Of a stretch of DNA of 64,000 nt, positions 12,514-22,613 are shown one piece after another. The notes beneath the pieces were generated by a model, which ran no database searches, was not told the origin of the DNA, and saw only the letters and a list, made by a program, of their open reading frames with translations. The stretch lies in assembly GCA_029260905.1 (NCBI GenBank), contig JAJDCH010000016.1, forward strand, positions 2,985 to 66,984, in the 5' to 3' direction. Both the position numbers and the translations under genes were made by a program. Within the stretch, counting starts at the first letter, position 1. Every line of letters begins with the position of its first letter. Source of the stretch: Candidatus Levyibacteriota bacterium (GTDB lineage Bacteria > Patescibacteriota > Microgenomatia > Levybacterales > UBA12049).

Positions 12514-12723
12514 TTATTCTGTCTTGGGAGTAATGCCTAGAAGCCAGAGGACTGCCTCTTTTTTGTAGCGTCTGTCCCCTCTGGAGTTTATTCTGATTGC
12601 AGGGAGCTTGCCTCTTTTGCCCCAGCGTTTGATAGTAAGAGGTGAGACACGGAGAACTTCTGCGACTTCTCTAACAGTGAGAAGGTCAGGTAGGGAATCT
12701 ATAGATACTCTTTGAGTGTTCAT
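12514..12723 (-). CDS. MerR/excisionase-type HTH protein (BldC-like)
   Basis: 'LLTVREVAEVLRVSPLTIKRWGKRGKLPAIR..SRGDRRY'. Confidence 0.85.
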   Translation of the reverse strand: MNTQRVSIDSLPDLLTVREVAEVLRVSPLTIKRWGKRGKLPAIRINSRGDRRYKKEAVLWLLGITPKTE

Positions 12724-12830
12724 AATGTCTTCCTATACATATTGATCCAATCAATCTAGTATAGAACTATATATAAAGTAACAAACTAGTGCATAGCTTG
12801 TCAAGGGTTAAATTAAAATTAATCTACAAA

Positions 12831-13370
12831 TTAGGAATTATCTTCTCTCAAAAGATCTCTTTCCAGACTCAGCATCCAAGTGATCCGTTTTTCGTCATAA
12901 AAAGTTTCTTCCTTAAAAGAAAGTGGTGTGTATTTTCCATATCCTCGAAGAATCGTTCTAGCTGCTTGCTGATTGGTTTGAAATACATGTATTGCCAGAG
13001 GAGTAAGATATCTTTCAATGACGTCTGTTGGCTTACCCTCTTTCGAAGGAATGCTTGAGTGGTCTAATGCATTTGTAAAGTCATTTTTATTGTGAAAGTC
13101 CCCATAAGGAAAACCATCTTCGAAATGCGCAAGATTGTAGCCCACCCATTGGGCGAAATGATTGTCTATGGGAATAAAAACACCCTGTGCTTCAAGTGTT
13201 TTTAGGTGAGATGTTAGACTTGAAAGTACAGGTAGAAATCCGCTCTTAAGGGAATTCCCTTCTCTAAAATGTTCAAGAGGCGCAAAAAGCACATCCCTGA
13301 TTTGAGTTGCAAGCATTTTTGCTTGTTATTGAGAATCACGATCTGCCCTTGGAGGAACAAGCTCAGTCAT
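12831..13370 (-). pseudogene. Orphan hypothetical gene with an in-frame TAA near its 5' end, or a 161-aa ORF starting at 13316
   Basis: ATG at 13370 reads MTELVPPRADRDSQ*QAKMLATQ in frame with the 161-aa ORF; TTGACA and TGnTATAAA upstream of 13370. Confidence 0.45.
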
Positions 13371-13431
13371 AGGTGGCTCATTTTTATAGCACTATAAGCT
13401 TTTTGTCAAATTTAGATTTGCTTTTCGGGTT

Positions 13432-13509
13432 TTGACATGGGTATTCATAGCCGATATAATGCTTAAGTTGCCCTTGGTAGCTTGACAACTAGCCAAAGGG
13501 TTTTTATTT
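13432..13509 (+). promoter_or_regulatory. Sigma70-type promoter followed by a hairpin and U-tract in the ppcA leader
   Basis: TTGACA-17-TATAAT (13432-13460); CCCTTGGTAG...CTAGCCAAAGGG then TTTTT before the ATG. Confidence 0.6.
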
Positions 13510-15021
13510 ATGAATAACCGTAAAATCCCGACCAGTATGGTCACACAACATCCAGATCATGCAGGGAAGCCTTACTGGCATAATAAGACTTACATATCCA
13601 CCCGTCATGAAATGAATGAGGCCTTTTTGTCTTTTTCTGAACTGGGTGCCACTGAATATAAATGGGACTGGGAGGGAAAGCTGGTTGATGAGTCGGTGCT
13701 TGAGAGATTTTTGGGTGAGCATCTTGAATATCTGATGAAAAAGCCTCTTGGCAAGGAAAACTTTATTACTTTCCGTCTTCCAAATCCGAGAATAGCAACT
13801 GAGTTTCGTTTGGGTAGAACTTTTATGAACATGATCTCAAGTGCCGCAACCGCAAAGCATTTAGGATTTAAAGTTCCACCCATTTTTGAAGTGATATTGC
13901 CAATGACTGAAAATGCACGCGAAATGCTTGATCTGCAGGTTGCTTTTCAAGAGCTTAGAAATCTCAAACATCCACTTTTTAAGATGGAGAGTTTTTTAAC
14001 CAATCTGCGGATTATTCCTTTATTTGAAAGCGTAGAAAGGATAATTGATTCAGCAAAAATCGTTGAAGAATATTTAGATCTCTACAAAAAAGAATTTGGA
14101 AAACTGCCTCCATATATGAGACCGTATTTTGCCAGATCAGATCCAGCGCTTAATTCAGGGGTTGTAGCGACTGTTTTTGCGCTCAAAATAGCGCTTTCAC
14201 GTTTTAGAAAACTTGAACAAAGAATTGGAATACCTTTTTATCCGATGATTGGTTGTGGATCTCTGCCATTTCGTGGGGGACTTACACCTGAAAACGTAAA
14301 AGAGTTTGCAAATGCGTATCAGGGTGTTCGCACAGTTACACTTCAGAGCGCTTTTCGTTATGATTATCCACTTCCCAGGGTAAAAAAAGCTATTAAACAG
14401 CTAGCAGAAATACTGCCAAAACAAAAAGCAAGACTTATTACTGAAAATGATGAGAAAGAGTTGATTGCAATAGGAAAAGTTTTTGAAAAAGAGTACAAGA
14501 AAACGGTTGAAAATCTGGCTGTTGCTATCAATAAAGTTTCTGTATTTGTGCCAAAAAGACGAGAGCGGGTTCAGCACGTTGGATTGTTTGGTTATTCAAG
14601 AGGTGATGGTAAGGTAAAGCTGCCTCGGGCAATTACTTTTACTGCATCACTTTATTCAATCGGTATTCCACCTGAGTTGATTGGTACAGGGCGGGGATTG
14701 GCTTTGGCAAAAAAAGCAGGGAAGTTGGACTTGGTTGAAAAGTATTATATAAATCTCAAAAAGGATTTGTTTCGTGCGGGATCGTATTTAAATAAGGCAA
14801 ATCTTACAAAACTTGCATCTGCCTCAAATGCTTGGAAAGATGTAGCAAAAGACGTGGAGGAGGTTGAAAGATATTTGGGAGTAGGTCTTGGCCCACATAC
14901 AGTTAATGAGAAAAAGCATTTGGCATTGACAAGTAGGATTTTTGAGGGAGTTAAGAAAAGTTCTGCAGATTTATCAAATCTAATGACTCAGGCAGCTGTT
15001 CTCAGAAAGAGTTTGGGATAG
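13510..15021 (+). CDS. ppcA: Archaeal-type phosphoenolpyruvate carboxylase
   Basis: 503 aa; 'M.TQHPD', WDWEGK, ARSDPALNSG, GSLPFRGG, QSAFRYD, PRAITFT. Confidence 0.92.
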   Translation: MNNRKIPTSMVTQHPDHAGKPYWHNKTYISTRHEMNEAFLSFSELGATEYKWDWEGKLVDESVLERFLGEHLEYLMKKPLGKENFITFRLPNPRIATEFRLGRTFMNMISSAATAKHLGFKVPPIFEVILPMTENAREMLDLQVAFQELRNLKHPLFKMESFLTNLRIIPLFESVERIIDSAKIVEEYLDLYKKEFGKLPPYMRPYFARSDPALNSGVVATVFALKIALSRFRKLEQRIGIPFYPMIGCGSLPFRGGLTPENVKEFANAYQGVRTVTLQSAFRYDYPLPRVKKAIKQLAEILPKQKARLITENDEKELIAIGKVFEKEYKKTVENLAVAINKVSVFVPKRRERVQHVGLFGYSRGDGKVKLPRAITFTASLYSIGIPPELIGTGRGLALAKKAGKLDLVEKYYINLKKDLFRAGSYLNKANLTKLASASNAWKDVAKDVEEVERYLGVGLGPHTVNEKKHLALTSRIFEGVKKSSADLSNLMTQAAVLRKSLG

Positions 15022-15049
15022 GTTAAGAGTTTTTTCTTGTTAAAGTTAA

Positions 15050-16132
15050 TTAGAGGGATTTGGTTATTTTTCGCAGCTCTTTTAGTACTTCATCTATCTC
15101 TTTCATATCAAAATATCCTAGGTGGCCGATTCGAAAGATTTTCCCGGCTAGATCGCCGTAACCTCCTGCCAGTTCAATCCCTTTTTCTCTCATCTGCTTT
15201 ATTATTAATCCTGCATTATCAGTCTTTATCGCCGTTACAACAGGGGAGGAGTCAGTATCTGATGCAAGAAGCTTAAGTCCCATTTCTTTGACTTCTTTTT
15301 TTATTTTTTCATGCGCATTTATATGTCTTTTGATCATATTATCAAGTCCTTCTCTGAATAAAATATCAAGTCCTTTATTTAACGCATCAATCTGATGTGT
15401 AGCTGGTGTGAAGGGGGTTTGTCCGTTATTTAGAGCACTTTTAGCAATATTCAGATCAAAATAAAATTTGTTGGATTTTGTTTTTTTGGATTTGTCCCAG
15501 GCCTTTTTGCTCATACTAATCATGGTTAGTCCTGGAGGAATACCAAACCCTTTTTGTGATCCGGTAATTGCTATGTCAATTCCCCATTTATCAATAGGAA
15601 GCGGCATGGCTGCAAGCGAGCTTACAGCATCAACAATAAAAAGTATTTTGTTTTTTTTGGCAATTTTTGAGATTGTTTCTAAGTCGTTTTTGACACCAGT
15701 TGATGTTTCATTATGTGTGATGAGAAGTGTCTTGATGTTGGGATTTTCTTTGAGAGTTTTTTCTATTTCTTTGGGATCTGCGGCTGTTCCAGATTTATAT
15801 CTGAGTATTGTTAAGTCTGCGCCATGAGCTTTGGCAATCTGAGCAAATCTGTCACCAAATGAGCCTATGCTAACTGCTAGTACTTTATCTCCAGGTGATA
15901 CTGTATTGACAATTGCTGCCTCAAGTCCGCCTGTTCCTGATGCAGTAAGAATGAGGATATCGTTTTTGGTATGAAAAATTATTTTTAGTTTTTTGGTGAC
16001 ATCACGCATCAGCTCTTCAAATCTAGGACCGCGGTGATTGAATGCTTCCTGTCCCATAAGTTCCCGCGCCTCAGGAAATAATTTTGTAGGACCTGGAATT
16101 CTTAGATTTTTGATCTTATGTTTTTTTGCCAT
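15050..16132 (-). CDS. Class V PLP aminotransferase (alanine-glyoxylate/serine-pyruvate family)
   Basis: IPGPT, SGTGGLEA, HNETSTGV, VDAVSS, GSQK, FRIGHLG. Confidence 0.9.
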   Translation of the reverse strand: MAKKHKIKNLRIPGPTKLFPEARELMGQEAFNHRGPRFEELMRDVTKKLKIIFHTKNDILILTASGTGGLEAAIVNTVSPGDKVLAVSIGSFGDRFAQIAKAHGADLTILRYKSGTAADPKEIEKTLKENPNIKTLLITHNETSTGVKNDLETISKIAKKNKILFIVDAVSSLAAMPLPIDKWGIDIAITGSQKGFGIPPGLTMISMSKKAWDKSKKTKSNKFYFDLNIAKSALNNGQTPFTPATHQIDALNKGLDILFREGLDNMIKRHINAHEKIKKEVKEMGLKLLASDTDSSPVVTAIKTDNAGLIIKQMREKGIELAGGYGDLAGKIFRIGHLGYFDMKEIDEVLKELRKITKSL

Positions 16133-16259
16133 TTGTTGATTCTAGCGTATTTAAGGTCTTGCTTCAAGGATTGTTTTTAATTTTAACAACAAAAAATAGT
16201 ATCGCGCATTTGATCAGGCATATTTAATACTTGATGCAAAATACTTGATACTATTTTTG

Positions 16260-16652
16260 TTACTTAAGTTCAACAGTTGCTCCTGCTGCTGTGAGTTTTT
16301 CTTTTGCCTCCTCAGCTGCTTTTTTGTTTGCTCCAGTTAATATCTCTTTTGGTGCTGTGTCAGCGAGATCTTTTGCTTCTTTCAGACCAAGTGTTGGAAC
16401 GATTTCACGAATTGCTTTAATAACAGCAATTTTGTTTCCTCCAGTGCTGGCAAGAACGACGTTAAATACGGTTTGTTCTTCAGCTGCTTCGCCTGCTGCA
16501 TCTCCGCCTGCTGCGGGTGCTGCTGCGGGTGCTGCCATAGCACTTGCAGATACGCCAAATTTTTCTTCAAGAGCTTTTACCAGTTCTGATAATTCAAGAA
16601 CTGACATTTCCTCAACTGCTTTCATTAAATCATCTTTTGATATTTTTGCCAT
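16260..16652 (-). CDS. rplL: 50S ribosomal protein L7/L12
   Basis: [24 protein letters not shown]. Confidence 0.97.
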   Translation of the reverse strand: MAKISKDDLMKAVEEMSVLELSELVKALEEKFGVSASAMAAPAAAPAAGGDAAGEAAEEQTVFNVVLASTGGNKIAVIKAIREIVPTLGLKEAKDLADTAPKEILTGANKKAAEEAKEKLTAAGATVELK

Positions 16653-16680
16653 AAATATACACCTCCCTTCAATCAGTTAT

Positions 16681-17238
16681 CTAACTTGTTGCTTGTTTCT
16701 TGTCACTTATTGCTTTCATAGTCAAAACAAGTTTGGTTATATTCCAATTTAGCGCTCTGTGAAGACCTGATACGGGGCTTATCATTGTTCCAAGTAATTG
16801 GGCTCTTAATACTTCAAGTGGAGGAAGGTTGGCGATTTTGACTACATCTGTATCTGTCAGGATCTTTCCATCAAGAATTCCAAATTTAATAACAGGAAGA
16901 CTAAGTGTCTTTATCGTTTTACTAAGCTCTTTGAGAGGTCCTGCAAGCTCATTGTAGATGAACATAGTGCCTGTCATGTGGGAGAATTTGTCTTTTTCCA
17001 CTTCAACATCAATATTTTTGTCTTTGAGTGCTATGAGAAGCAGAGAGTTTTTAGTTGCGACGTATTCTGCTTCAATTTTTTTCAAAGCGCGCTTAAGCGC
17101 TTCAAGTTGATGATGGGTCATGCCTTGGTAGTTAGTAAAAACCATTCCTTTTGCGCGACCTACCTTATCTGCAAATTTGGCAACAATTTGCTCTTTTTTC
17201 TTTCTATTATCGCTTACTTTTTTTGTTTCGTCTGACAT
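16681..17238 (-). CDS. rplJ: 50S ribosomal protein L10
   Basis: 'YQGM', 'KNSLL', 'IANLP...AQLLG'; upstream of rplL. Confidence 0.93.
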   Translation of the reverse strand: MSDETKKVSDNRKKKEQIVAKFADKVGRAKGMVFTNYQGMTHHQLEALKRALKKIEAEYVATKNSLLLIALKDKNIDVEVEKDKFSHMTGTMFIYNELAGPLKELSKTIKTLSLPVIKFGILDGKILTDTDVVKIANLPPLEVLRAQLLGTMISPVSGLHRALNWNITKLVLTMKAISDKKQATS

Positions 17239-17239
17239 A

Positions 17240-17348
17240 ATAAAAAAACACTCCCTAAGAAGTGCTTTTTAGCTATTTGCCATAAATTTAATGGCTATAT
17301 GCTATTTTCGCCTCAGTAGGACTTAGTGATTGCCTACTTTCTTAGGTT
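17240..17348 (-). promoter_or_regulatory. L10 leader-like autoregulatory RNA
   Basis: Minus strand ACCTAAGAAAGTAGG...CCTACTGAGG core and terminal AAGCACT...AGTGTTTTTTT hairpin upstream of rplJ. Confidence 0.7.
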
Positions 17349-17413
17349 GATTTATTGTAGCAGAGAATAGGGGATTTGTAAATAACTTGTTGGGTTTGTG
17401 ATAAAATCGCAGT

Positions 17414-17893
17414 ATGGGAAGGTCAGAGAGGTCGTTAAGTAGGGCTAATACAGCAGTAGATAGATTTCGAAGAGGAGCAGGGCGTGTGCTATTCTCTAGT
17501 AGAACATCATCTATTCTTCATGGACTTAATTTTGCCTCATTGACTATATGTGGAGGCATTCCGTCTCTTGACACGTATGAGCCATTTGATAGAAGAAAAG
17601 TGGGCATTGTTTCAAGATTTAGAGATGCAAAAAACAGATTAGGCATGAGGATTGAGGATCATGTCATGTTAAAGCTAGAAGAAATAGCTCCGGGAATTAG
17701 GGCTTTGCGGGAGTTGGCAGGAGGGGAAAATAGTAGTAGTGAGAAGCATATTTATAACACTCAAGAAAATCAAGCAAGATTAAGAAAGATTATTGATTCA
17801 CCGGATGTAACTCAAGAACAACTAGAACAAATTATTTGTTTTGAGATAAAAGAGTTGAAGAGGACAGGAAGAATAGAATTGTGCAGCAATTAA
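17414..17893 (+). CDS. Orphan hypothetical protein, antisense between rplA and rplJ
   Basis: 159-aa ORF filling the gap; TG-n-TAAAAT 6 nt before the ATG. Confidence 0.6.
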   Translation: MGRSERSLSRANTAVDRFRRGAGRVLFSSRTSSILHGLNFASLTICGGIPSLDTYEPFDRRKVGIVSRFRDAKNRLGMRIEDHVMLKLEEIAPGIRALRELAGGENSSSEKHIYNTQENQARLRKIIDSPDVTQEQLEQIICFEIKELKRTGRIELCSN

Positions 17894-18741
17894 ATGCTTA
17901 TCTTTATCCCCGGGCTCATGGTTGATTTGAGGGTGATGTCTTTGATATTTTTTTCTTGAACAGCTTTTAGCACTGCTTCTGCATTGGCAGCCAATTTTTT
18001 ATCTCCAAATGAAACTTTTCCAATGCTCAGATGAATTATTGGAAATTTTGATTCTGTTTTGAAGCTTATTTGTCCTCCTTCAAATTTCTTGGCCGCATCA
18101 GTTGGTTTTGGAGAGATGGTTCCAGACTTGGGATTTGGCATCATGCCTTTTGGTCCCAAAAATCTTGCAACTCTTGCTAGGAGTGGCATTGTGTCAGGTG
18201 TTGCGATTAGGACGTCGAAATCAATTTTTCCTGATTCGATATTTTTAATTACTTCTTCAACATGTTTTGGATCAGATGATTGATCAACTATTTCTATTTT
18301 TCTGTCTTTTCCTGTTCCGTGGGGAAGAGTCATGCTTCCAGAAACACCTTTTGAGTTTGTGTTGATGTGTAGTTCAACTGTTTCATCAAATTTTGTTCTT
18401 TGGAGCTTTGGAAGAATTGAGACAGCATCAGTTAGAGAATATTTTTTATTTTTATCAATTTCAGATGCAACTTTTTGATAAGTTTTGGATTTTGTTTTTA
18501 CTTTTGTGAATTTTTCTTTCTTGGTTTTTGTTTCTTTTTTCTCTTCTTTTGGTTTGCTTGATTGTTGAGTGGGGCTGGAGTCAGTTTTTTCTGGTTTATC
18601 TTCTGTTTCTTCTTCCTTTTTTTCTGCGCCAGCTTTTTTAGCAGCCTCAATCCGCTTGGCTTCAGCTTTGGCTTTGGCCTTTTTCTGTTGCTCTTTTTCG
18701 TCTTCCTCAATTCCTATTGTTTTGACTCTTATTTTACCCAC
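17890..18741 (-). CDS. rplA: 50S ribosomal protein L1 with Lys/Glu-rich N-terminal extension
   Basis: KFDETVE, LPHGTGK, LGPKGMMPNPKSGT, STMSPG. Confidence 0.95.
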   Translation of the reverse strand: MGKIRVKTIGIEEDEKEQQKKAKAKAEAKRIEAAKKAGAEKKEEETEDKPEKTDSSPTQQSSKPKEEKKETKTKKEKFTKVKTKSKTYQKVASEIDKNKKYSLTDAVSILPKLQRTKFDETVELHINTNSKGVSGSMTLPHGTGKDRKIEIVDQSSDPKHVEEVIKNIESGKIDFDVLIATPDTMPLLARVARFLGPKGMMPNPKSGTISPKPTDAAKKFEGGQISFKTESKFPIIHLSIGKVSFGDKKLAANAEAVLKAVQEKNIKDITLKSTMSPGIKISI

Positions 18742-18846
18742 GTTTTGCTCCTTTCAGTCGCAACAGCGATAAGTGATAAGTTATAAGTGATAAGTAGTTA
18801 TTTTTCATTTAATTTAGAAATTAGGTTAATTAGATCAATTAGAAAT

Positions 18847-19269
18847 TTAGCTTACTTCTATTCCCATACTTCTTGCTGTTCCGGCAACCACCCTTGCTCC
18901 TTGTTCAATGTCATCTGTATTTAGATCTTCTAGTTTGTCCTCTGCAATTTTTCGTGCCTGATCCATAGTAAGTTTGCCGATTTTTTCTCTGCCTGGTTTT
19001 TGTGAACCTTTTTCAACACTCATTGCTTTCTTAATCATCTCAGCAACAGGAGGCTTCTTGGTAATGAAAGTGAAAGTCTTGTCTTCAAAAACAGTAATCA
19101 CAACAGGGATAATTTGTCCTTTAAGCTCAGCTGTTCTATCATTGTAGGCTTTGACAAACTCCATGATATTTAGTCCATGAGGACCAAGCGCTGTACCAAC
19201 AGGTGGCGCAGGAGTAGCTCCACCAGCAGGAAGCGCGATTTTTATTAGTATTTTTATTTTCTTTGCCAT
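18847..19269 (-). CDS. rplK: 50S ribosomal protein L11
   Basis: ATPAPPVGTALG, GTARSMGI. Confidence 0.97.
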   Translation of the reverse strand: MAKKIKILIKIALPAGGATPAPPVGTALGPHGLNIMEFVKAYNDRTAELKGQIIPVVITVFEDKTFTFITKKPPVAEMIKKAMSVEKGSQKPGREKIGKLTMDQARKIAEDKLEDLNTDDIEQGARVVAGTARSMGIEVS

Positions 19270-19394
19270 AGTTCTTGATTTATGATGTATGATCTAAGAT
19301 TTAAGATCGTCTTATGTCATATATCTTATGTCCTAAATCAGAAGATCATTGTAGCACAAAAGAGGGGAACCACGCAAGGAATTAACGGGGAAAG

Positions 19395-21014
19395 CTAACT
19401 GACATTTTCAGAGTTTATTACCTGGGTTACCTTTCCATCTGGTTGCACACTAAAATATATTGGACTACCCTTTTTTTCTATCGGTTTTTTCTCTTCTCCA
19501 CTTTTTATCACTTTTCCATCTACCACTCTAAAATATGTTGGATCCTCTTTAGGCTGGGGAGTTTTTGTTGGTCTAGAAAAGATATTCCCTATAAGTTCTA
19601 AAAATGGTGCAATTGTGGGAATAGCAGGGGTAGAGTCGTCGGAATTTTTGTCAAAAGCAGGAACTGCTACTTCTGCTTTTGTAATTACTTGGTTTGTTTG
19701 CTCAATACTCGGGTTGGTCTCAGCAGTTTGACCTGAAGTTTTTTGGTTAAACCATTCTTCCAATTCTTCCACATCCGGGATTTCAACCTTCTCACCATTT
19801 GAACCATCATCTTTCTCAAACATTGCATTCAATTCGTTAATTTCTGTGAGTGCACCCTCAATCCCCTTGGGGTCACTCGAAGCATTAAATAGTGCCTCCA
19901 ATTCACTAACAAGTGGACCACCCAATAGTGCTTTCAAGCCTTCTACGGACTGTTCTGTTCCTGTCGGAATGCCAACTTGTCTGGCTCCAATGGGATTTCC
20001 ATTTTCATCAAAATCAGTTGCAAATTCAAGTCTTCCCACATTGGTAAACGCTGTGTCTCCATTTGGATTTTTACTTTCTGCTTCTGATTTAGGAAATTTT
20101 TCTATTTTTTTAGGTCTAAGGTTATTTCCATACCCGGTAATAGAGACAATCTCTCCATTTTCTTCAGTTGTAATCGCCCTGGCTTTTCCTTCATACTGAG
20201 GAAGTCGAGTAAGCACCCAACGTTCTGTATCAACAGATGTAGAGTATACGCCTGCGTCTGGGTCAACTTTGCTTCGATTATTCTCGAGGTATAATCCTTT
20301 TATAAGTGCAGCGCTTGGATGTTTTGCCCAAATTTCTCTTGCTCTTACTTCAACTGTGGAATTACTGCTTCTTTCACTCTCTAGGTCATCAACAATATCT
20401 TCAGTTTGAAGCTTAATTTCATATCTAAATTTTCCTGCCCAAGGAAGCCTCTTTGCTAAAAGCGTATACCTTTTTCCGCCTAGGTTTGGCTCATAACCTT
20501 CAGGAATTTTTGTGATTTCTACAAAGCCCCCAGCATCACCCTCTCCTTTTATTGTAGGGAATGTGGCTTTTCTAATCATACGCCATGGTCCTTGGTCTCC
20601 GACTGATTCAGGTGCTATAAATCCGGATTTCTCTGGTGAGAAATAGTCAGGAAGGGATAGGTCTCGTTCTTTTTCAGACACCTCTTGGCTTTTGGGTACG
20701 ATTTCTGAATTGCGTTGAGTTATCAAGTCATCTTTTCCAGTATTTATTATATCTGGATGCTGTTCGTAGGGTGATTTATTAAATTGCGAGTAGATAGAAC
20801 CGGGTGGAGTTCCAGCTAGTTCTGTATTATACACAGCGCCAATAAAGGTGTTAGGCATAGAACATCCATCGGTTCCTTTTAATGGTTTTTTGCGGACAAG
20901 GGGGGAGCTTGGATTTTCTATTTTACCAATTTTTATAGCCCCGCTTCTATATTGATGAAGTGGTTCTTCTCTTCCTACATTCGGACGTGTGCCATTTACA
21001 TGTCTCTCTGACAT
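19395..21014 (-). CDS. Orphan hypothetical protein (539 aa)
   Basis: Long ORF between nusG and rplK; no recognised motif; acidic and Pro-rich; C-terminal 'P.YF.V..G.V' repeated twice. Confidence 0.7.
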   Translation of the reverse strand: MSERHVNGTRPNVGREEPLHQYRSGAIKIGKIENPSSPLVRKKPLKGTDGCSMPNTFIGAVYNTELAGTPPGSIYSQFNKSPYEQHPDIINTGKDDLITQRNSEIVPKSQEVSEKERDLSLPDYFSPEKSGFIAPESVGDQGPWRMIRKATFPTIKGEGDAGGFVEITKIPEGYEPNLGGKRYTLLAKRLPWAGKFRYEIKLQTEDIVDDLESERSSNSTVEVRAREIWAKHPSAALIKGLYLENNRSKVDPDAGVYSTSVDTERWVLTRLPQYEGKARAITTEENGEIVSITGYGNNLRPKKIEKFPKSEAESKNPNGDTAFTNVGRLEFATDFDENGNPIGARQVGIPTGTEQSVEGLKALLGGPLVSELEALFNASSDPKGIEGALTEINELNAMFEKDDGSNGEKVEIPDVEELEEWFNQKTSGQTAETNPSIEQTNQVITKAEVAVPAFDKNSDDSTPAIPTIAPFLELIGNIFSRPTKTPQPKEDPTYFRVVDGKVIKSGEEKKPIEKKGSPIYFSVQPDGKVTQVINSENVS

Positions 21015-21171
21015 AAATTTAAGATAACTTCAGGCTGACTTGTCAATGTAATCAGCTAATTTGATTTTATCAAATGAAAATACTATATGCAAGTGGGGAG
21101 CTGGCTCACTGATTAGGTGATTAATTTTCGCTTAATGCAATTTAATACCCGAGGAAAGTGATTGCATTGTA

Positions 21172-21414
21172 CTAGATCGGGTGTGGTAAGTTGTTGCCTC
21201 CCAGAATTCCATGAGAGGGATGAGTGCCTTTTACAATTCTTCTTCTACCTCTCTCAAGAGCAGTATCTGGACCTTTGTGAGTCCTGACAAAAACTGCAGT
21301 AGGATTTCCAGACCTAGATACTTTATATTTTGGACCAAGCAGTTTATCCAGAAATTGATTCTGGGGCTCTGTCCTTACAGTAAAATAAGTAGATATAGTT
21401 TCTGGTGTAGTCAT
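21172..21414 (-). CDS. Small hypothetical protein
   Basis: 80-aa ORF starting 10 nt after the nusG stop. Confidence 0.5.
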   Translation of the reverse strand: MTTPETISTYFTVRTEPQNQFLDKLLGPKYKVSRSGNPTAVFVRTHKGPDTALERGRRRIVKGTHPSHGILGGNNLPHPI

Positions 21415-21424
21415 ATTTATATAT

Positions 21425-22246
21425 TTAGATCTTTTTCACTTGTAAAAAGTCCAGCTCTACTGGGGTTTCGCGACCGAAAATACTTACCAAAACTTTTATC
21501 TTGCCTCTTGCCTCATCAATATTATCAATTGTGCCAAGAAAATCTGAGAAAGGTCCGTCTGTAATCTTGACCGCCTCACCTACGGTAAATGCTGATTGGT
21601 AGAGAGGTTCTTCAATAGCCATGAATTTCTGGATTGCTTCTACTTCTTTTTCTGAAATTGGCGTTGGTTTGTTGCCTGCGCCGATGAAGCTCGTTACTCC
21701 CTGTGTGCCACGTACCATATGCCATGATTCATCATCAAGAACCATGCGGACGAGTACGTATCCTGGAAAGATTTTTTCTTTGACTGTTTCTTTTTTGCCC
21801 TGTGTTACTTTGATGGTATTTCGCATGGGAACGATGATGTCAAAGACTCGGTCTTCGAATTTCATTGATTCTACGCGCTGTTTTAGTGATCTGGCCACTT
21901 TGTTTTCGTGTCCTGCGTAGGTGTGGATGATGTACCATTTGGCATTGTCAGGAATTTTGACTGCTGGCTTGTCATCATTACCTGTGATACCAGTTGTATC
22001 AACCGAGTCAGGGGTTTGGTTTTCTTGTCCTGAGCTTGTTTGTGGTGAGCTTGCCGAATCCGCCGAAGGATCTGCTTTTTCATCGACAGCTTCTTCTTTT
22101 TCTGGGGCATCGTCTTTTTCTTCAACAGGGGATTCTTCCTTCTCTGCATTTTCTGTTTCTGGCTCAACAGATGCATCAGAAGCGTCCGCAACTACTGTGT
22201 CTTCTTCCTTTTTTTCTTCTTCTGGTTGTTTTTTTGTATCGTCCAT
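21425..22246 (-). CDS. nusG: Transcription factor NusG with about 100-aa acidic N-terminal extension
   Basis: WYIIHTYAGHENKV, FPGYVLV, DGPFSDFLG, FGRETPVELDF. Confidence 0.96.
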   Translation of the reverse strand: MDDTKKQPEEEKKEEDTVVADASDASVEPETENAEKEESPVEEKDDAPEKEEAVDEKADPSADSASSPQTSSGQENQTPDSVDTTGITGNDDKPAVKIPDNAKWYIIHTYAGHENKVARSLKQRVESMKFEDRVFDIIVPMRNTIKVTQGKKETVKEKIFPGYVLVRMVLDDESWHMVRGTQGVTSFIGAGNKPTPISEKEVEAIQKFMAIEEPLYQSAFTVGEAVKITDGPFSDFLGTIDNIDEARGKIKVLVSIFGRETPVELDFLQVKKI

Positions 22247-22321
22247 AAAATCCTAAACGTTTTGTATTTTTGTAATTAATATTTTGATATTGTATAAAGT
22301 TTAGAAATTAGTGCTTAGAAT

Positions 22322-22504
22322 TTATCTTAATATAAATTCCATTACTTTTGTAAATATATAATCAAGCGCTCCTATATAAAGACCGACTATTATACTTATT
22401 GTTATCACAATCATGGTCAGTCGCAAAACCTCTTTTCTGGTTGGCCATACAACTTGTTTTAATTCTTCGTATGTTTGCCTGAGAAAACTGGTTGGTGATG
22501 TCAT
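22322..22504 (-). CDS. secE: Preprotein translocase SecE
   Basis: 'ELKQVVWPTR' then TM; upstream of nusG. Confidence 0.92.
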   Translation of the reverse strand: MTSPTSFLRQTYEELKQVVWPTRKEVLRLTMIVITISIIVGLYIGALDYIFTKVMEFILR

Positions 22505-22613
22505 GAACTAAACAATAAATTAATATCCGCTTTTTACAGAGGAATTATGCTATTTTAGCAAATTAAATCATTCTTGACAACAAGTAGAGATAGGGAGTAG
22601 ACTTCGTCACAAT

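Noticed and set aside
12514-12723. Excisionase marking a prophage or integrative element
   Set aside because: No integrase, phage genes or att site adjacent; fits a stand-alone BldC-like regulator.
21060-21170. Possible structured RNA between two orphan genes
   Set aside because: Only short stems (AATGCAAT/ATTGCATT) and no recognisable family; insufficient support.
16291-22256. Antisense and alternate-frame ORFs over rplL, rplJ, rplA and nusG (and similar ones across the window)
   Set aside because: They lie on well-supported genes and have no motifs of their own.
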